Assembly (NCBI GenBank): GCA_951406725.2
Contig: OX597814.1
Location: 43,586,001 to 43,650,000 of the forward strand
Length of the DNA: 64,000 nt
Direction of reading: 5' to 3'
From: Octopus vulgaris
Lineage: Eukaryota
The notes below the pieces were generated by a model. It was not told where the DNA came from. It did not search any database and worked only from the letters and a program-made list of their open reading frames with translations. Below, piece by piece: positions 1 through 13,049 of this stretch (positions within the stretch are counted from its first letter, which is position 1; each line of letters starts with the position of its first letter). Made by a program: the position numbers and the translations under genes.

Positions 1-229
1 CCATTATTGGAGGAAGCAGTTGGGCAGTAATGTGGTGAATAGATCATATACTACAGATATATAAATAGAAATCGGCAGATGGTGGAGAGGTAAGCCATAG
101 AGACAAAATAATCTTCGCACCCTTTGGTTCAGCAGAGGTCAAATGTGTTTACTTCAACCAGTGGCCGTTGAGAGAGCTGCCTTGATAAGAAGCAATTCAA
201 CCTGTTCTATTTGTAATTACTGGTAGAAA

Positions 230-281
<52 letters not shown>

Positions 282-1399
282 TGATATTCACGTTGTTGAA
301 TTTTTGAATTTCTTAATTCAATTGTGTTGTTGCAATAAAATTGTGTTTACGTATTTTGGTAATATATTAAAGTTTTTATGTTTTCTTTTGTCTGTCCAGT
401 TGAAGAATAAAGTAGGACTTTTGTAATTAAACGGATGTTTACAATTTCGAATACTCAGGGAGTGTCAAAAAGAAAAGAAAGCGAATTGTAGATAGTAATG
501 TTTTAAGATTTACTAAATATGGTCTGTTGTATGACGCACAGCGAAAAATGGTAGTGCTCTTAGAATAAGAAGGAGGATCATTTGTGTGTTCGAAATCTGT
601 AGGTGTGTAAGTTTCCTAAGTTATTTTATTTTGAGGGAGAGTTGAAATATTTATAGAAAATTGTAGATATTCCAGTCTTTGGAAATATTAGGAGGAAATA
701 TTGTTGGATTTTTGAATTGCTGAATTTCTTTTTCCTTTTCTTTTGGAATTTTTCTTTTCATTTTAAAAGTTTTACTCTGGTTTAGTTTTTGTAGTTGAGC
801 AGTATGTATATATTGGCAGATGCTTACTTCCTTAATTTTGTATTGTGTATTTAATTGTGTTGTTACAATAAAAGCTTTGTTTACATATTTAGTTAGTCAT
901 GGAAGAAGGGAAGGCAAAGTGTTCACACAAAATTGGAGATATTAAAGTTTCTAGTTTTTTTGAGGTGTTCGTTTATATGTCCGTTCATTAAACAAAGCTT
1001 GTGTTTGTTTTGCTATAAAAAAGATGTTTATATTTTCGAATACTCAGGGAAACAGGAACCAAAAGAATAGGGATGTATTTCTTTTTTTTCACAGAAAATT
1101 GTAGATATGAAGTTTTTAAAATTTACTGGAGATGATCTTTTGACCGTCCGAACAGAGAAAACTGTAGTGTTCTCGGAGTAAAGAGGATGTTTACATTATC
1201 GGAGCCTCAGGGGGAAAGGGAAAATGATAGGTATTCACTGAAGGTGTACATATCAAAGGTTTTAAAGCTGATTGTTTATGTGTTCGAAAGCTGTAGATAT
1301 GTATGTTCTTTAAGTTATTTTGAGGGAAATTCAAAATAGTCTCAGGAAATTGTAGATATTCCAGTATTTTAGAGTTATATTCAGTTGACCTGCTGGGTT

Positions 1400-1475
<76 letters not shown>

Positions 1476-1510
1476 CATTATTATTATTATTAATATTATT
1501 ATTATTATCA

Positions 1511-1574
<64 letters not shown>

Positions 1575-1599
1575 CATTATTATTATTATTATTATTATC
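1400..1599. repeat. (TTA)n/(TAA)n microsatellite at the 3' end of a Dong/R4-like element
   Basis: About 200 bp of TTA repeats directly abutting the 3' UTR of the minus-strand element at 1600-2433. Confidence 0.95.
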
Positions 1600-2433
1600 T
1601 GTTTATCTTTTGCTTTGTATTTGTACAAGCTCGCTCCAAGTCTCACCAATAGAAATCAAGAGACAGCAAGTTAGAAGTTCATGTTGGTATTATGCCTTGT
1701 TTGTTATATATATGGTTTTTCACATAGTATTGTTCGAGAGAATGTTTAAGAAACAAGACAATTATGAGTGTTTTAAAATTTGACATTACATAGACAGTAT
1801 TTTACGTAGGATATGAGCAGCTCCCAAGAACACTACCTTTTGAATTCCTGCCATTTTGGGATTTCCTGATATCTGTGCTAAGTAGCAATCATCCCCTTTG
1901 CTATCATTCCTATGGAATCTATGACAACAGGTATTGTTTTAGTCTTCAGCTTCCACATTTTGCCAATTTCTATTTTGAGGTCTTTATATTTGCTCAGTTT
2001 TTGGTAGGTATTGACAGATACATTTATATCGATTAGAATAGTCATATCAATGAGGAGGCATGATTTTTGTCTGAAGTCTTTCAATATGATGTCTGGCCTA
2101 TTTGCATTTATGTTTCTGTGAATTTGAATGGTGACGTTCCAGAGGAGTGTGATGTGACCATTTTCAAGCACTGGAGGTGGTTTGTGTTCCCACAAATTTT
2201 TATCATGGGGCAAGTCCATGTTTTTGCAAATTACCCAGTGAATATGTTGTGCAGCTCTATCATGCCAGTTGAGATACTCTGTAGGTGCAAGAAGACTGAA
2301 CTTGGAGACAACATGATCAATGGTTTTATTTTGCTGTTGACATACACGACATATTGGGGAGCTGCCGTTCTTTAATATATTGGCCTGGTAGTTCCTTGAG
2401 GGTAGACATTGATGTTTGGCTGCTATGATAAAC
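1600..2433 (-). mobile_element. 5'-truncated R4/Dong-clade non-LTR retrotransposon (CCHC + restriction-like endonuclease + 3' UTR)
   Basis: ORF 1878-2495 reads CRVCQQQNKTIDHVVS (CCHC knuckle, degraded), HDRAAQHIHW, RPDIILKD..LIDMTI..K..KYKDL (PD-(D/E)xK RLE); it ends in (TAA)n. Confidence 0.9.
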
Positions 2434-4786
2434 TCCATCATCATCATCATTATTATTAGCATCATTATTATCACTATCATCCTAACAATCATCATCCCAT
2501 TGTTATTTTCATAAGGTAGTATTTAAAAGTAATTACCTAACGTTGATTTCTATTCCTTTTATGGAGTATGTATAATATAGTAATGAAAACATACTAGAAG
2601 TAATTTGTTGTTGGAACTGGGAAACAATAGTGCTGTTAGTCTTTGGTGTTGAGAAACATAAATAATATACCTCATCTGTAACGGTGTGATACATATAGTC
2701 AATGGGACATTAAAGGCATCAGTCTCTCCTAACAAAACCTTGAATTTCATTGGTAGGCCTGTTGCCTCCTGTTGCAGACAAAACAAGGAAAAAATATTGG
2801 CATATACAACGTATGAATGAAATATACCTTAATGAATTTAGTAATACACATTCTATATCTTGGTACCAAAACCTCCCCACGTAAAAATTGAAAGCACTCA
2901 TTGTAAACCTTATTTTCTTGCTTTAGATCAATAATTAAGAAATTACTAACAAATAATCACTAAATTTCATGCATCAGTTTCCACCTATTTCGATGATTAC
3001 ATATTTTTATAATTGGGTATAAATAATATGAAGTTGCCAATAACCGTATGTTGCAATCCATAGTGTTATGGGGTTAAAATATTATATTTATTTTTCAATG
3101 CTTCCTTTCACCACATTATTATTTTAGAAACTCTAGTAAACATTATATTTTGCATCTTAATTTATAAGGGCAAGATCATTTTTCTTCAATACCCTTGTGT
3201 TTTCCAAACAGATTTATTGAATTTTTATGTAAAATGTTTTGTTTTTCTCTTTTTCCACAGAATAGTTTCATTAAATTATGTAAACTACATTAAACTAATT
3301 TTTTTATAACTGGAGTTTGATTTCATATATTTTTGTTTATATTTCTTTTGTTATGACTACTTAATTTCGAATTTCCATGCAAGATCGAATTGTAAGATAC
3401 CCTGTAAACATTTCTGCTTTGTGTTTTCTTATATAATTCATTCATATTTCTAAATTTTCAAACCTATACGTGAATGTATTCATGAAAAGAATAATATAAA
3501 CAAATAGATTTACATAATGTTTTGGTATTTTATATTTTTAAAAATTAATTCTTTAAAAAGCGATGATTGAAATGCAGAAGCTATATAAAATTATAAATGA
3601 TTCAAATATAACACACTGACTTTAAGGTTAAAGTGCTGGGCCATCGAGTATAGAAGCGTTGTGCTCACATATCCGTTATTTTCAGTCGAATCTATCATAT
3701 TTTGTATTGGGAATAAAGCTATTCATGATATTTATGACATTGAAATATTAAATTAAAATCTTGTCATTTAACGATTCTCCTGCATATTTTCCGTTCTGGA
3801 ATCTAGCTACTATGTAATGTTTGTTTTCAATTGTGAAGCAATCACTTTGCTATGTAATATATTTATTATAAACTTTGACTATGGCTGATTAAGTTTTGAC
3901 TCTAAGTTGGTTGTAAGACATAAGAGATATCGATTTTCAATGACATGTGAAATGACGTATAGTTGATTGTGAAAATCTATGCAGTAAAAATTGTATGTAT
4001 GATATTTCATTGAACAGAAAGTGACTGCTATAATACCTTTAACATAAAATATCAGCCCTTGATAAGCGTGTATCTTTAAAGATTATTTCTAAATTTTTGT
4101 AGCTGCGGAGAAATGTAAGGATGTATGAAATCAAATAATCCTCAACAGATATCAAGAAGCGCTAAAACTTATGCAGTGTTTCACAATTATTGGGACGAAA
4201 CATTATGTATCTGTTGACAGGTAAGTTGGAATGAATTGAATTGGTAAGATTTACATATATTCTACACACACTAAAAAAGCACGATGAATGTGTTTCATCC
4301 ATCAATAGATATGAAGTTTAGTTGCATAAATCTTCTTCATAAACAAATAGTTACATTCATATATATATTTATTCATATATTTTTGGGATGGTATACGTAA
4401 ACCAGAGCCATCTTTCAACTGCCAGCACCTAATAATGTAAAGACTGCAGTTCCCCTACTATTCAATTACAATGTCATATTGTTAAAGTGGTTATATACCA
4501 TTAAAATGTCTATTGGATTTAATCAAATTAAATTAATCGAAATCCATATACATCATAATTATTTTGTCAATATAAAAGTTACTATATATACCAGCTATAG
4601 TATTAAAACCAAAATATCAGTTTCATAACTAACATTTTGTAATTAATGGATAAACAGCAATTTCAGTATCTGAAATTATATCGACCGGAAAATGTCTCAA
4701 TATGTTAAACGATTACATAGAATTTCACTCCATTTATAGGCATATGGAAATATGTATGTGTGTATATGTGTGTATGTGTGTATGTA

Positions 4787-4842
<56 letters not shown>

Positions 4843-4927
4843 TGTATATATAAATATATACATATATATATATGTATGTATTATGTATGTACGTATATAG
4901 AACTATGTATTTATGTATGTATATCTC

Positions 4928-5012
<85 letters not shown>

Positions 5013-6976
5013 ATTCCAAATCTAGATGCTATGGCTGAATTGGGAATAAATGTTGAAATCGCCATGGAGGTAATGACCCGACAATTTAATTATATCAAAA
5101 AAGCAATTAATACACATCAGTGTTATCTTAATTGACTTCTCTCCATTCACTTCAGTATTCAATCCCACTTGGCTCTTCAAACCCTATTTCCTCTTTTATT
5201 CTTTTTGCTGCATCTCATAAAGTAGTTTTTGGTAGACATTTGTTTTAGTTTCGAAACCCTTAGATGTTCTGAATCATTCCTACAAAATATATATACAATA
5301 CATGAAAGTAAATGGCGCTGCATAGAAATTTATTTCAAAACACACACACACATTTAATATTGTGTTCCTATTTTTACAAAATTGCCAATATCTACATTGG
5401 GCTAAATCATACACATAAAACAAAAGAAAAAATATTAATGTCATGCAACCTTCATAAGTATAATTTACTAAAACGATAACCGCCATTAATTTAATGATTG
5501 TCTTTCTTAAGCCTATTTAATTTAATATTGTTCGTGACCAATTTTACTTCCGTTTTACTTCGTTATAATCTCTATCTTAGTTGTCTTCACGTATTACATC
5601 ATGCAGTCTGCAATTATATATACATTTCCATACATTCTTGTTTCTTTTTCCCATTCCACCCCAGTCACTCCTGAATTTGTTTATAGTTTCAATAAAAATG
5701 TTTGCTTAATCATGTCCGCATAACCACATAAAAATCTTTCTTGCTATCTCTGTTAAGTGCTTTACCGCATATTTCAATCTACAAAGTTATATCTATGTAT
5801 TCCAGTTTTCTACAGCATACATCCTCATATTTTTCAGTCTTTGAAGGAAAAATATATGCATTCTCTTTCATGTGCGATTTGTTTATTCTTCCTCCATGCT
5901 CTTGCATTGTCCTAAGAAAGAGTTGCATAATTTTGGTATCTAGTGTGCATAATAAGATTTTCGTTTAATTTATACATTATATTTTCTGATTCCACGTTCC
6001 TAACTAACAAAATTTTCTTAAATCCATTTTCCCAAGATCCACAAATAATAGTTTTATTTGTATATACATTCACACACTCTTCCATCCTCCTACACGCAAA
6101 TATATGCACCTAAGCCCACACACTTATAACGTGTAATGCTTACTAATTTTTGTTACACAATTTTCCCACATTGTTGATATATAACGTGTTTGTGCAAGGG
6201 AATACATTTTTGTATGTGCCCTTTATATATGTTCGTGCGTATGTATGTGTTGGTGTGTATAAGTATGTCTATATTTGTGTCGGCACGTGTGCGCATAGTT
6301 TCATTATGAATAACTAATTGAAAATATTAGAAGACCAATAATTAAAACCATAGTGTTTGAAGTCCATAATGTTTTCTCTTTTTCCCTGGAGACAATGTAA
6401 CGAGAGAAAAGTTATAAAATGGAAGTGAGTTAATTTCAAATGAATGACAAGGTGTATTTAAAATTGATTTAGAGAAATTAGAAATGTGATAGGCTTCAAA
6501 TGCCATATCCGTATACGAGCAGAAATTGATGTTTATATTTGGTCGCTCAACCTGAATGTCACCTTAATCAACGACAAGCATATTCTAAAACACATGTGTT
6601 TATCAGGGATATGAAATGAATGAACCGTAAAACCAAATTTTCATTAAATTAATATCCTATGGCGCTCGGTGATATACTAGGTGGTTTTATTCAGTGAAAC
6701 TGGAGGTAAATACTGTAATATAACGAGGGAAATATTTAAGACTGCTAGGTTTACTATATTAGAAGATAAACAGCATGCTGCGATTGAAACGTTCGGATGA
6801 GATGTCAGCTCAAGCAGACATAGGCAATGGACACAACAACAAATGCGACGACCTCATTTATAAATTACATTCTATATTATAAGCAATCAATAATGAATGT
6901 TTTCGTAACAATGAAGCTTAGAATTAATCACAACCCATATAATTCTTCTGCATTTTCCATGGCTTCTATACAATAT

Positions 6977-7404
6977 AGGCGCAGGAGTGGCTGTTTGGTA
7001 AGTAGCTTGCTAATCAACCACATGGTTCCGGGTTCAGTCCCACTGCGTGGCATCTTGGGCAAGTGTCTTCTGCTATAGCCCTGGGCCGACCAATGCCTTG
7101 TGAGTTGATTTGGTAGACGGAAACTGAAAGAAGGCTGTCGTATATATGTATATATATATAAGTGTGTGTGAATATGTTTGTGTGTCTGTGTTTGTTCCCC
7201 TAGCATTGCTTGACAACCGATGCTGGTGTGTTTACGTCCCCGTCACTTAGCGGTTCGGCAAAAGAGACCGATAGAATAAGTACTGGGCTTACAAAGAATA
7301 AGTCCCGGGGTCGATTTGCTCGACTAAAGGCGGTGCTCCAGGATGGCCGCAGTCAAATGACTGAAACAAGTAAAAAGAGTAAAAAAAAAAAGAGAAAAAG
7401 AGTA
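6977..7404 (+). mobile_element. tRNA-derived SINE family A, full length
   Basis: Head with A box (TGGCTGTTTGGT) and B box (GGTTCAGTCCC), CTTGGGCAAG core-like motif, internal TA/TG microsatellite, tail GGCGGTGCTCCAG..GCAGTCAAATGACTGAAAC(AAGTAAAAAGAG); several other copies in the window. Confidence 0.9.
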
Positions 7405-7635
7405 TAGGAAAACTACAACTCCCTACATTTTATGTGTGTTGAGGTAGACAGCTTGATAGATAGATAGATAGATACATACATGCATACATACATACATACA
7501 TACGTACACACATAGACAGAGAGACAGACGGATAGATAAGAAGATAGATAGAGATATTGATCGATATTGTGTTTCCCGGCGTGTATATAAATACATATAT
7601 ATATATATACAAATATATATATGTGTATCTATCTA

Positions 7636-7750
<115 letters not shown>

Positions 7751-8489
7751 ATATATATATATATGTTTGCGTCTGTATAAAAATCATGGATAGATACATG
7801 AATCATAACATACATACACAAAAGAACTACTTTAAATTTCGCCTGTGGGTGCTAAGCGTCTCAAAGCTATTTCTGCCTCTTTGCTGCGTCACCGGTGGTT
7901 ATATTAGAAGAGCGACTAACAACTTACTGGTGACTTGTCTATCACTTTTTTATTCTTGGATCTATTAATTCCACCGCCGCTACTACACAATTTTCGACTG
8001 GTACTTATACTCCGGTGCATATTAGTACTCCATGTCTATACGAGATGCTTTCTGAAAACCGCAGTATTGTAGCATCCTTAGTTTATATACACGTTACATA
8101 AAATATAATGAATACAATTCTGAACTGATGCCCGGTACTCAAGTGTGTGCGTGTGTGTGTGTGTGTGTATGTGTGTGTGTGTGTGTGAGGGCGCGTGGTC
8201 TGTTGATTAGTACAATGTATATTCAGCAAAGCAATTCAATTCACGTTGCTCTGCGATCATTTCGGGATTTGACGAGTGCCATAATTGTGCAAATGTACAG
8301 TCAATGCCCTTATTCTGGAGGGAGGGAACTAGTACACAGCACTTATATTTGACTCCTATAAAGAAATCCAAATAACTGTTCATGTCGTTCAGCAAAAATT
8401 GAACGCTGACATTGAACACTCCTTTCGACAGGGGATTCCATCGTTTATATACATAGATAATTATGTATGCATCTATGTATGCAACCGCG

Positions 8490-8671
8490 TGTGTACCGTT
8501 GGCGATTTTTTTCCTCCGTCTTCCCTTCTCTGGATCTTTCCTTTTCCTATGTTTCTGAGGAAGAGCTCCGCTCGAAACGTTAAATCCTCCATCTTCCTTT
8601 CCTTCCTGAGCGTCCAATAATACTATATTTGTTCCACGTCCTTGTGTTGTTGTGTTTTCATGTTTGGATTA

Positions 8672-8680
<9 letters not shown>
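8490..8680 (+). mobile_element. Penelope-like 3' end / short element with a minimal hammerhead ribozyme
   Basis: GTTT-CTGAGGA-A-GAGC-TCC-GCTC-GAAAC-GTT-AAAT at 8551-8585; downstream GAGCGTC motif; ends TTTGGATTAACTT then (TA)n. Confidence 0.7.
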
Positions 8681-8717
<37 letters not shown>

Positions 8718-9058
8718 TTTAGAGGGAAATATTACCTGGGTGGATATGTGGCCGATCTTTTTTATGCTTCAGGATACTGCTAACCACAGCGATTAGTATT
8801 TAACCACTATGACTACTGCGAATAGTCACAGGCGTTGCAGATTGCTCCGATGGGTAATTCCGTGTTCACTTCATTAGATGGTATGTATGTATATATGTAT
8901 GTATTTATCCATGCATGCAAATATTTCAATATAACGTGCACACCATAAATGCCGGGCAGCGATGTCGATTATTTGTATAGAAGGAATGAGTCATCAAACG
9001 CGTGTGCGTATGTGTGAATATGTGTGTGTGGTGTATGTATGTGCATGTTCGTAGGTGT

Positions 9059-9195
9059 TCAAATACGCCCGAGGTCATATTATATTCTCAAAACTTCGGA
9101 TCAATAAAATAAGTACCAGTTAAACAATGGGTCGATCTAATCGACTTAACCCCTCTCCCGACACCATTAGCCTTGTGTCAAACTTTGAAACCAAT
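9059..9195 (+). mobile_element. SINE family B fragment
   Basis: TTCAAATACGCCCGAGGTC...AATAAGTACCAGTT...GGGTCGATCTAATCGAC...GCCTTGTG matches the other family B copies. Confidence 0.7.
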
Positions 9196-9654
9196 AAGAG
9201 ATAGAATTATAAAACTACATTGATTCTGCCTATTCTAATCAGTTTTGGTATATCTTATTGTCCGCTTTTTACTGGGCATTTTAGTACGCCTTTCTTCAAA
9301 GTTTGATGCTGCATTGTGATTCGCTCTATTAGGTGAGAATTTAAACCAAGCAGGAATAAAAAAATTATTGATTGATTACTCATATATTAATAGTAAAAGT
9401 AAAACATATCGCCCCTTATATAACAGTAAAATGATTTAAAATTGTTGACTATCATTAAACTATGCCGTCTCACAACGTATCTGCTCCCCTTGCAGGGTTG
9501 AGCGATATTTCCTCATTCAGATTAAACGGACACAGACACACGCACCCCACACACACATACACACACACTCACACCCGCACACAAACACACACACATACAC
9601 ATGTATGTATATAAGTATGTATGTATGTATGCATGAATGTGATTCTGTGCGTAT

Positions 9655-9735
9655 TTTTGTGTTTGTGTTCGTCACCTGACACAGCTTGACAACCAGTGTT
9701 GGTGTCTTTAAAGAAAATATCCACAGAAATCAACC
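9655..9735 (+). mobile_element. Degenerate SINE family A fragment
   Basis: GCTTGACAACCAGTGTTGGTGT after a TG-rich stretch. Confidence 0.5.
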
Positions 9736-10046
9736 AGTACCAAAAGCGAAAGAGAGTCCTGCTGCATGAACTAAAAGACCCCACTACACCACACGAAAGT
9801 GTCAGATTCATGATAAACATCCAACAAGAATACTGCCAAGTTTAACCATGCCTGTAACGAACTCAAGTGGATGAAACAGTAACAGCAACGATCCCAGCTT
9901 GATCAGAATCAATACAAATACCAAAAATGCATCGACGAGATTGTCATGTCAGAATGTAAACTACCACAGGACTTCGACGCCAGAACACCAGAAAACAATA
10001 CCACCAAGCGCAACAACAATTACGCCTGGGGAATATATATGAGAAA

Positions 10047-10207
10047 ATCGACCCCAGGACTTATTCTTCGGAAGCCTAGTACTTATTCTATCGGTCTCTC
10101 TTGCCGAACCGCTAAGTTACGGGGACGTAAACGCAGCAGCATCGGTTGTCAAGCGATGTTGGGGGACAAACACAGACGCATAAACATATACACACATACA
10201 TACATAT

Positions 10208-10238
<31 letters not shown>

Positions 10239-10242
10239 CATA

Positions 10243-10315
<73 letters not shown>

Positions 10316-10438
10316 GACGGGCTTTCAGCCCGAGGCTATAGTAGAAGACTTTTGCCCAAAGTGCCACGCTGTGGGAATGAACCCGGAACCATGTGGCTAG
10401 TAAGCAAGCTACTTACCACACCGCCACTCCTGCGCCTA
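10047..10438 (-). mobile_element. SINE family A with internal deletion and truncated tail
   Basis: Reverse complement of the family A head (CCACTCCTGCGCCT at 10425-10438) and body; expanded internal (TA)n. Confidence 0.88.
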
Positions 10439-10446
10439 TGAGTGAC

Positions 10447-10564
10447 CCTTACAGCGCCTAAGTTTCCCAAGCTGTCACCCATCTAAGTACTAACGAGGTT
10501 CGACGTTGCTTAACTTCGGTGATCGGACGAGAACCGGTGCTTTCAACCTGATATGGCTGTTTAA
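10447..10564 (-). pseudogene. 5S rRNA-derived pseudogene, near full length
   Basis: Minus strand reads ACAGCCATATCAGGTTGAAAGCACCGGTTCTCGTCCGATCACCGAAGTTAAGCAACGTCGAACCTCGTTAGTACTTAGATGGGTGACAGCTTGGGAAACTTAGGCGCTGTAAG, a metazoan 5S with A and C boxes; it has substitutions and no oligo-T terminator. Confidence 0.9.
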
Positions 10565-11196
10565 CATTTCGATAGAAGATCCATTTCTCGTCACCAGTAA
10601 CAAGTCTATCCAAAAAGGATGAAATGAGTTTGCGAGAAGAGAAGATGTCAACTCGGAACTTTCTCTTGTTTTCGAACAATTCATGAGGTACACATTCTCC
10701 AAGTTCAGGAAGCTTTCCAAGTTGTTGAAGATGACGATGAACAGTTGTATGGTTTGAACTAAGCTATATAGCCAATTCTTCAACTGATAATACAGAATTT
10801 TATTCAAGCAATGCCTCAAGGAACCTATCATCAAATTCAACTAGACGTCCTGTTCGATCTTCATCTTCAAGTCTGAAAACTCCACTTCTGAATTTTGCAA
10901 ACCATCTTCTGCAAGTTCTTTCATTCAAGCATTCTTTCCCATAAATTGAGTGCATGTTTCGTGTCGCTTCGGCAGCAGAGTTTCCTTTTTTGTACTCATA
11001 AAGCATTTTGTGCCTCAAATGCTCTTTGGATACTTCCATGTTACAAATGGTTTTAATCAAAGGAATTTTTATCATATTATTCTGTAAAATGATATTTAAT
11101 TAGCTTACATGTACACATATGCATTAAAATAATTTTAAATTCCATTCAATTTAAAAAAGAGGTCGAAATCGGACAGAATTTCTGGGATGTCCTGAT
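10565..11196 (-). mobile_element. Mariner (Tc1/mariner) transposon, 5' half, frameshifted
   Basis: MEVSKEHLRH..YEYKKGNSAAEA..RTCRRWFAKFRSG..DEDRTGR (HTH) and LDRLVTGDEKWIFY (first catalytic D); TIR-like TCAGGACATCCCAGAAATTCTGTCCG next to (TA)n. Confidence 0.9.
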
Positions 11197-11261
11197 TTAT
11201 ATATATGCATACACAGATCGAGATAGACAGGTACATAGATAGATAGAGGTATATGTATGCA

Positions 11262-11296
<35 letters not shown>

Positions 11297-12969
11297 GGGT
11301 GTGTGTGTGTGAGTATGTAATGGAAATATGTATGTATATATGTATGTTATTCAATTTCGTTTCAAATTTTCTTAGAGGAGTCAGTTTCTAACATAGATCC
11401 AATGCTCTTTAATTGGAATTTCAAAATTTACGCTAGGATGTTTTTGTATGTATGTAGGCATGTATCTATGTATGTATGTTTGTTTATGTGTGGTTGCCTT
11501 TGTGCACATGTGTTCCTCCTTTTTAACAGCACTGTTTCCATAGCTTCGATCATTTTACCTGTCTTACCCGCATGTTGCCAGTGATTTTGAATCATGAATT
11601 ACAAATTTTATATAGGAAATATCTGAAATAGGGAACAATTTTGATGAGAGGAAAACGGATTGGAAACTGAAACAAAGAATAGTAATAAAAGATTATTTAA
11701 ATACATCCATATTAGATGGTGAAGTTTAGAGCTACATTGAAAAGATATGAATATTCCGAAACAGTGAGGAATATGAAAGTGAAAAAATATATAGGAAATA
11801 TCTAAAAACAAACTGAAAGAAAAGTTATATTATAGTATAGAAACTCCCCTATTATCAAAACAAAGTTACTCAACAAGTCTGAATGTGGACACATATGTAA
11901 ATTTGTTAACCAAGAGTGAGAACGTTTCGTAAAATATACTGAGAAGTAGGGGAAAAAACGACACATAAATCACAGAGGAATAAGAAAGAATGCAAAGTAA
12001 CGATATATGAGACATAAACTGAATATTTATAAATCTATGAATATGTATGGTTTTAAGTACAGAATATTGTGAGATGTGGAAACAGGAAAAGCATGTGCGT
12101 GTATGCTTGTATGTATGTCTGTGTGCGTGGGTGTGTGTGTATGTGTGTGTGCGTGTGTATGTGTGTTTGTGTGTGTGAGTGTATGTGGCGATATTTCCTG
12201 CAGGGATATCTGTGATCATAGATGTACTGAACAAGAATTGTCTACACTAAATTTTAGAAACGGTCACACATTTGAACATGTAAAAGAAAAATAAATAAAA
12301 TAGTGCTCACATATTTTGAAGGACGTTGTGCCTCTTCCAGCCTAACGTGAAATGTTATTTCACTGACATTGTGTTCTGAGGGTGTTTCATTGAGTGTTTC
12401 GTCGTTTTGTGCGGCGTAATTCATAAGCAGCATTCGAAATATATGCCTAATGATAATATATCAAAAAAAATTCCTTCCATTCTTTTATTAATTTGATTAT
12501 GACAAAGGTCATATAGGCTTGATAAAGATCATCTCTGTTTCAGTACGAAATACATGTCAAGGGAATTCCAGCATGTTTGGCGGACACTTTCTTTGCCCTG
12601 CGAAACTCACCTTCAACCTGTAACTCAACCCTTATTTCTATCTCTTCTCTCCTATAACGATTTTTCATTTCTTCTGTCCCTATATAAGTGTTAAAATCCA
12701 TGGTTATTTCAACTCATATCATATTTGTTATATCGTATGGATGCGGAACGGAACTAAGAGAAACGTATGGTTTGTGGAAACATACGTAGCAATGCATTAA
12801 ATAATTTATGAATGTCCATCCTAAATTTCACTTATTGGTCTCTCTCTCTTTCTTAATATGTATATATATGTATGTATGTATATATACATATATATATATA
12901 TATGTGTGTATATATACATACATACATATATATACATATGCATGTATATATATATATATGTATGTATGC

Positions 12970-13000
<31 letters not shown>

Positions 13001-13004
13001 TATG

Positions 13005-13049
<45 letters not shown>

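Noticed and set aside
112-135. Degenerate HHR-like motifs (minus strand CTGCTGA-ACCAAGGGT-GCGAAG here; also 5032-5065 and 11737-11763 on plus)
   Set aside because: Too many core deviations to distinguish from chance without a family consensus.
1191-1783. Poly-Ile / poly-Leu ORFs, and similar YI/CV/HT/poly-N/K/E ORFs across the window
   Set aside because: They are translations of (TTA)n, (TA)n, (CA)n and (GAA)n microsatellites with no protein signal.
4101-4220. Possible host exon (TTTTTGTAG acceptor, CAG|GTAAGT donor)
   Set aside because: All three frames contain stops; a non-coding exon cannot be supported without RNA data.
10447-10564. Functional 5S rRNA gene
   Set aside because: It has several substitutions, no upstream spacer or oligo-T terminator, is isolated and is embedded in transposon debris.
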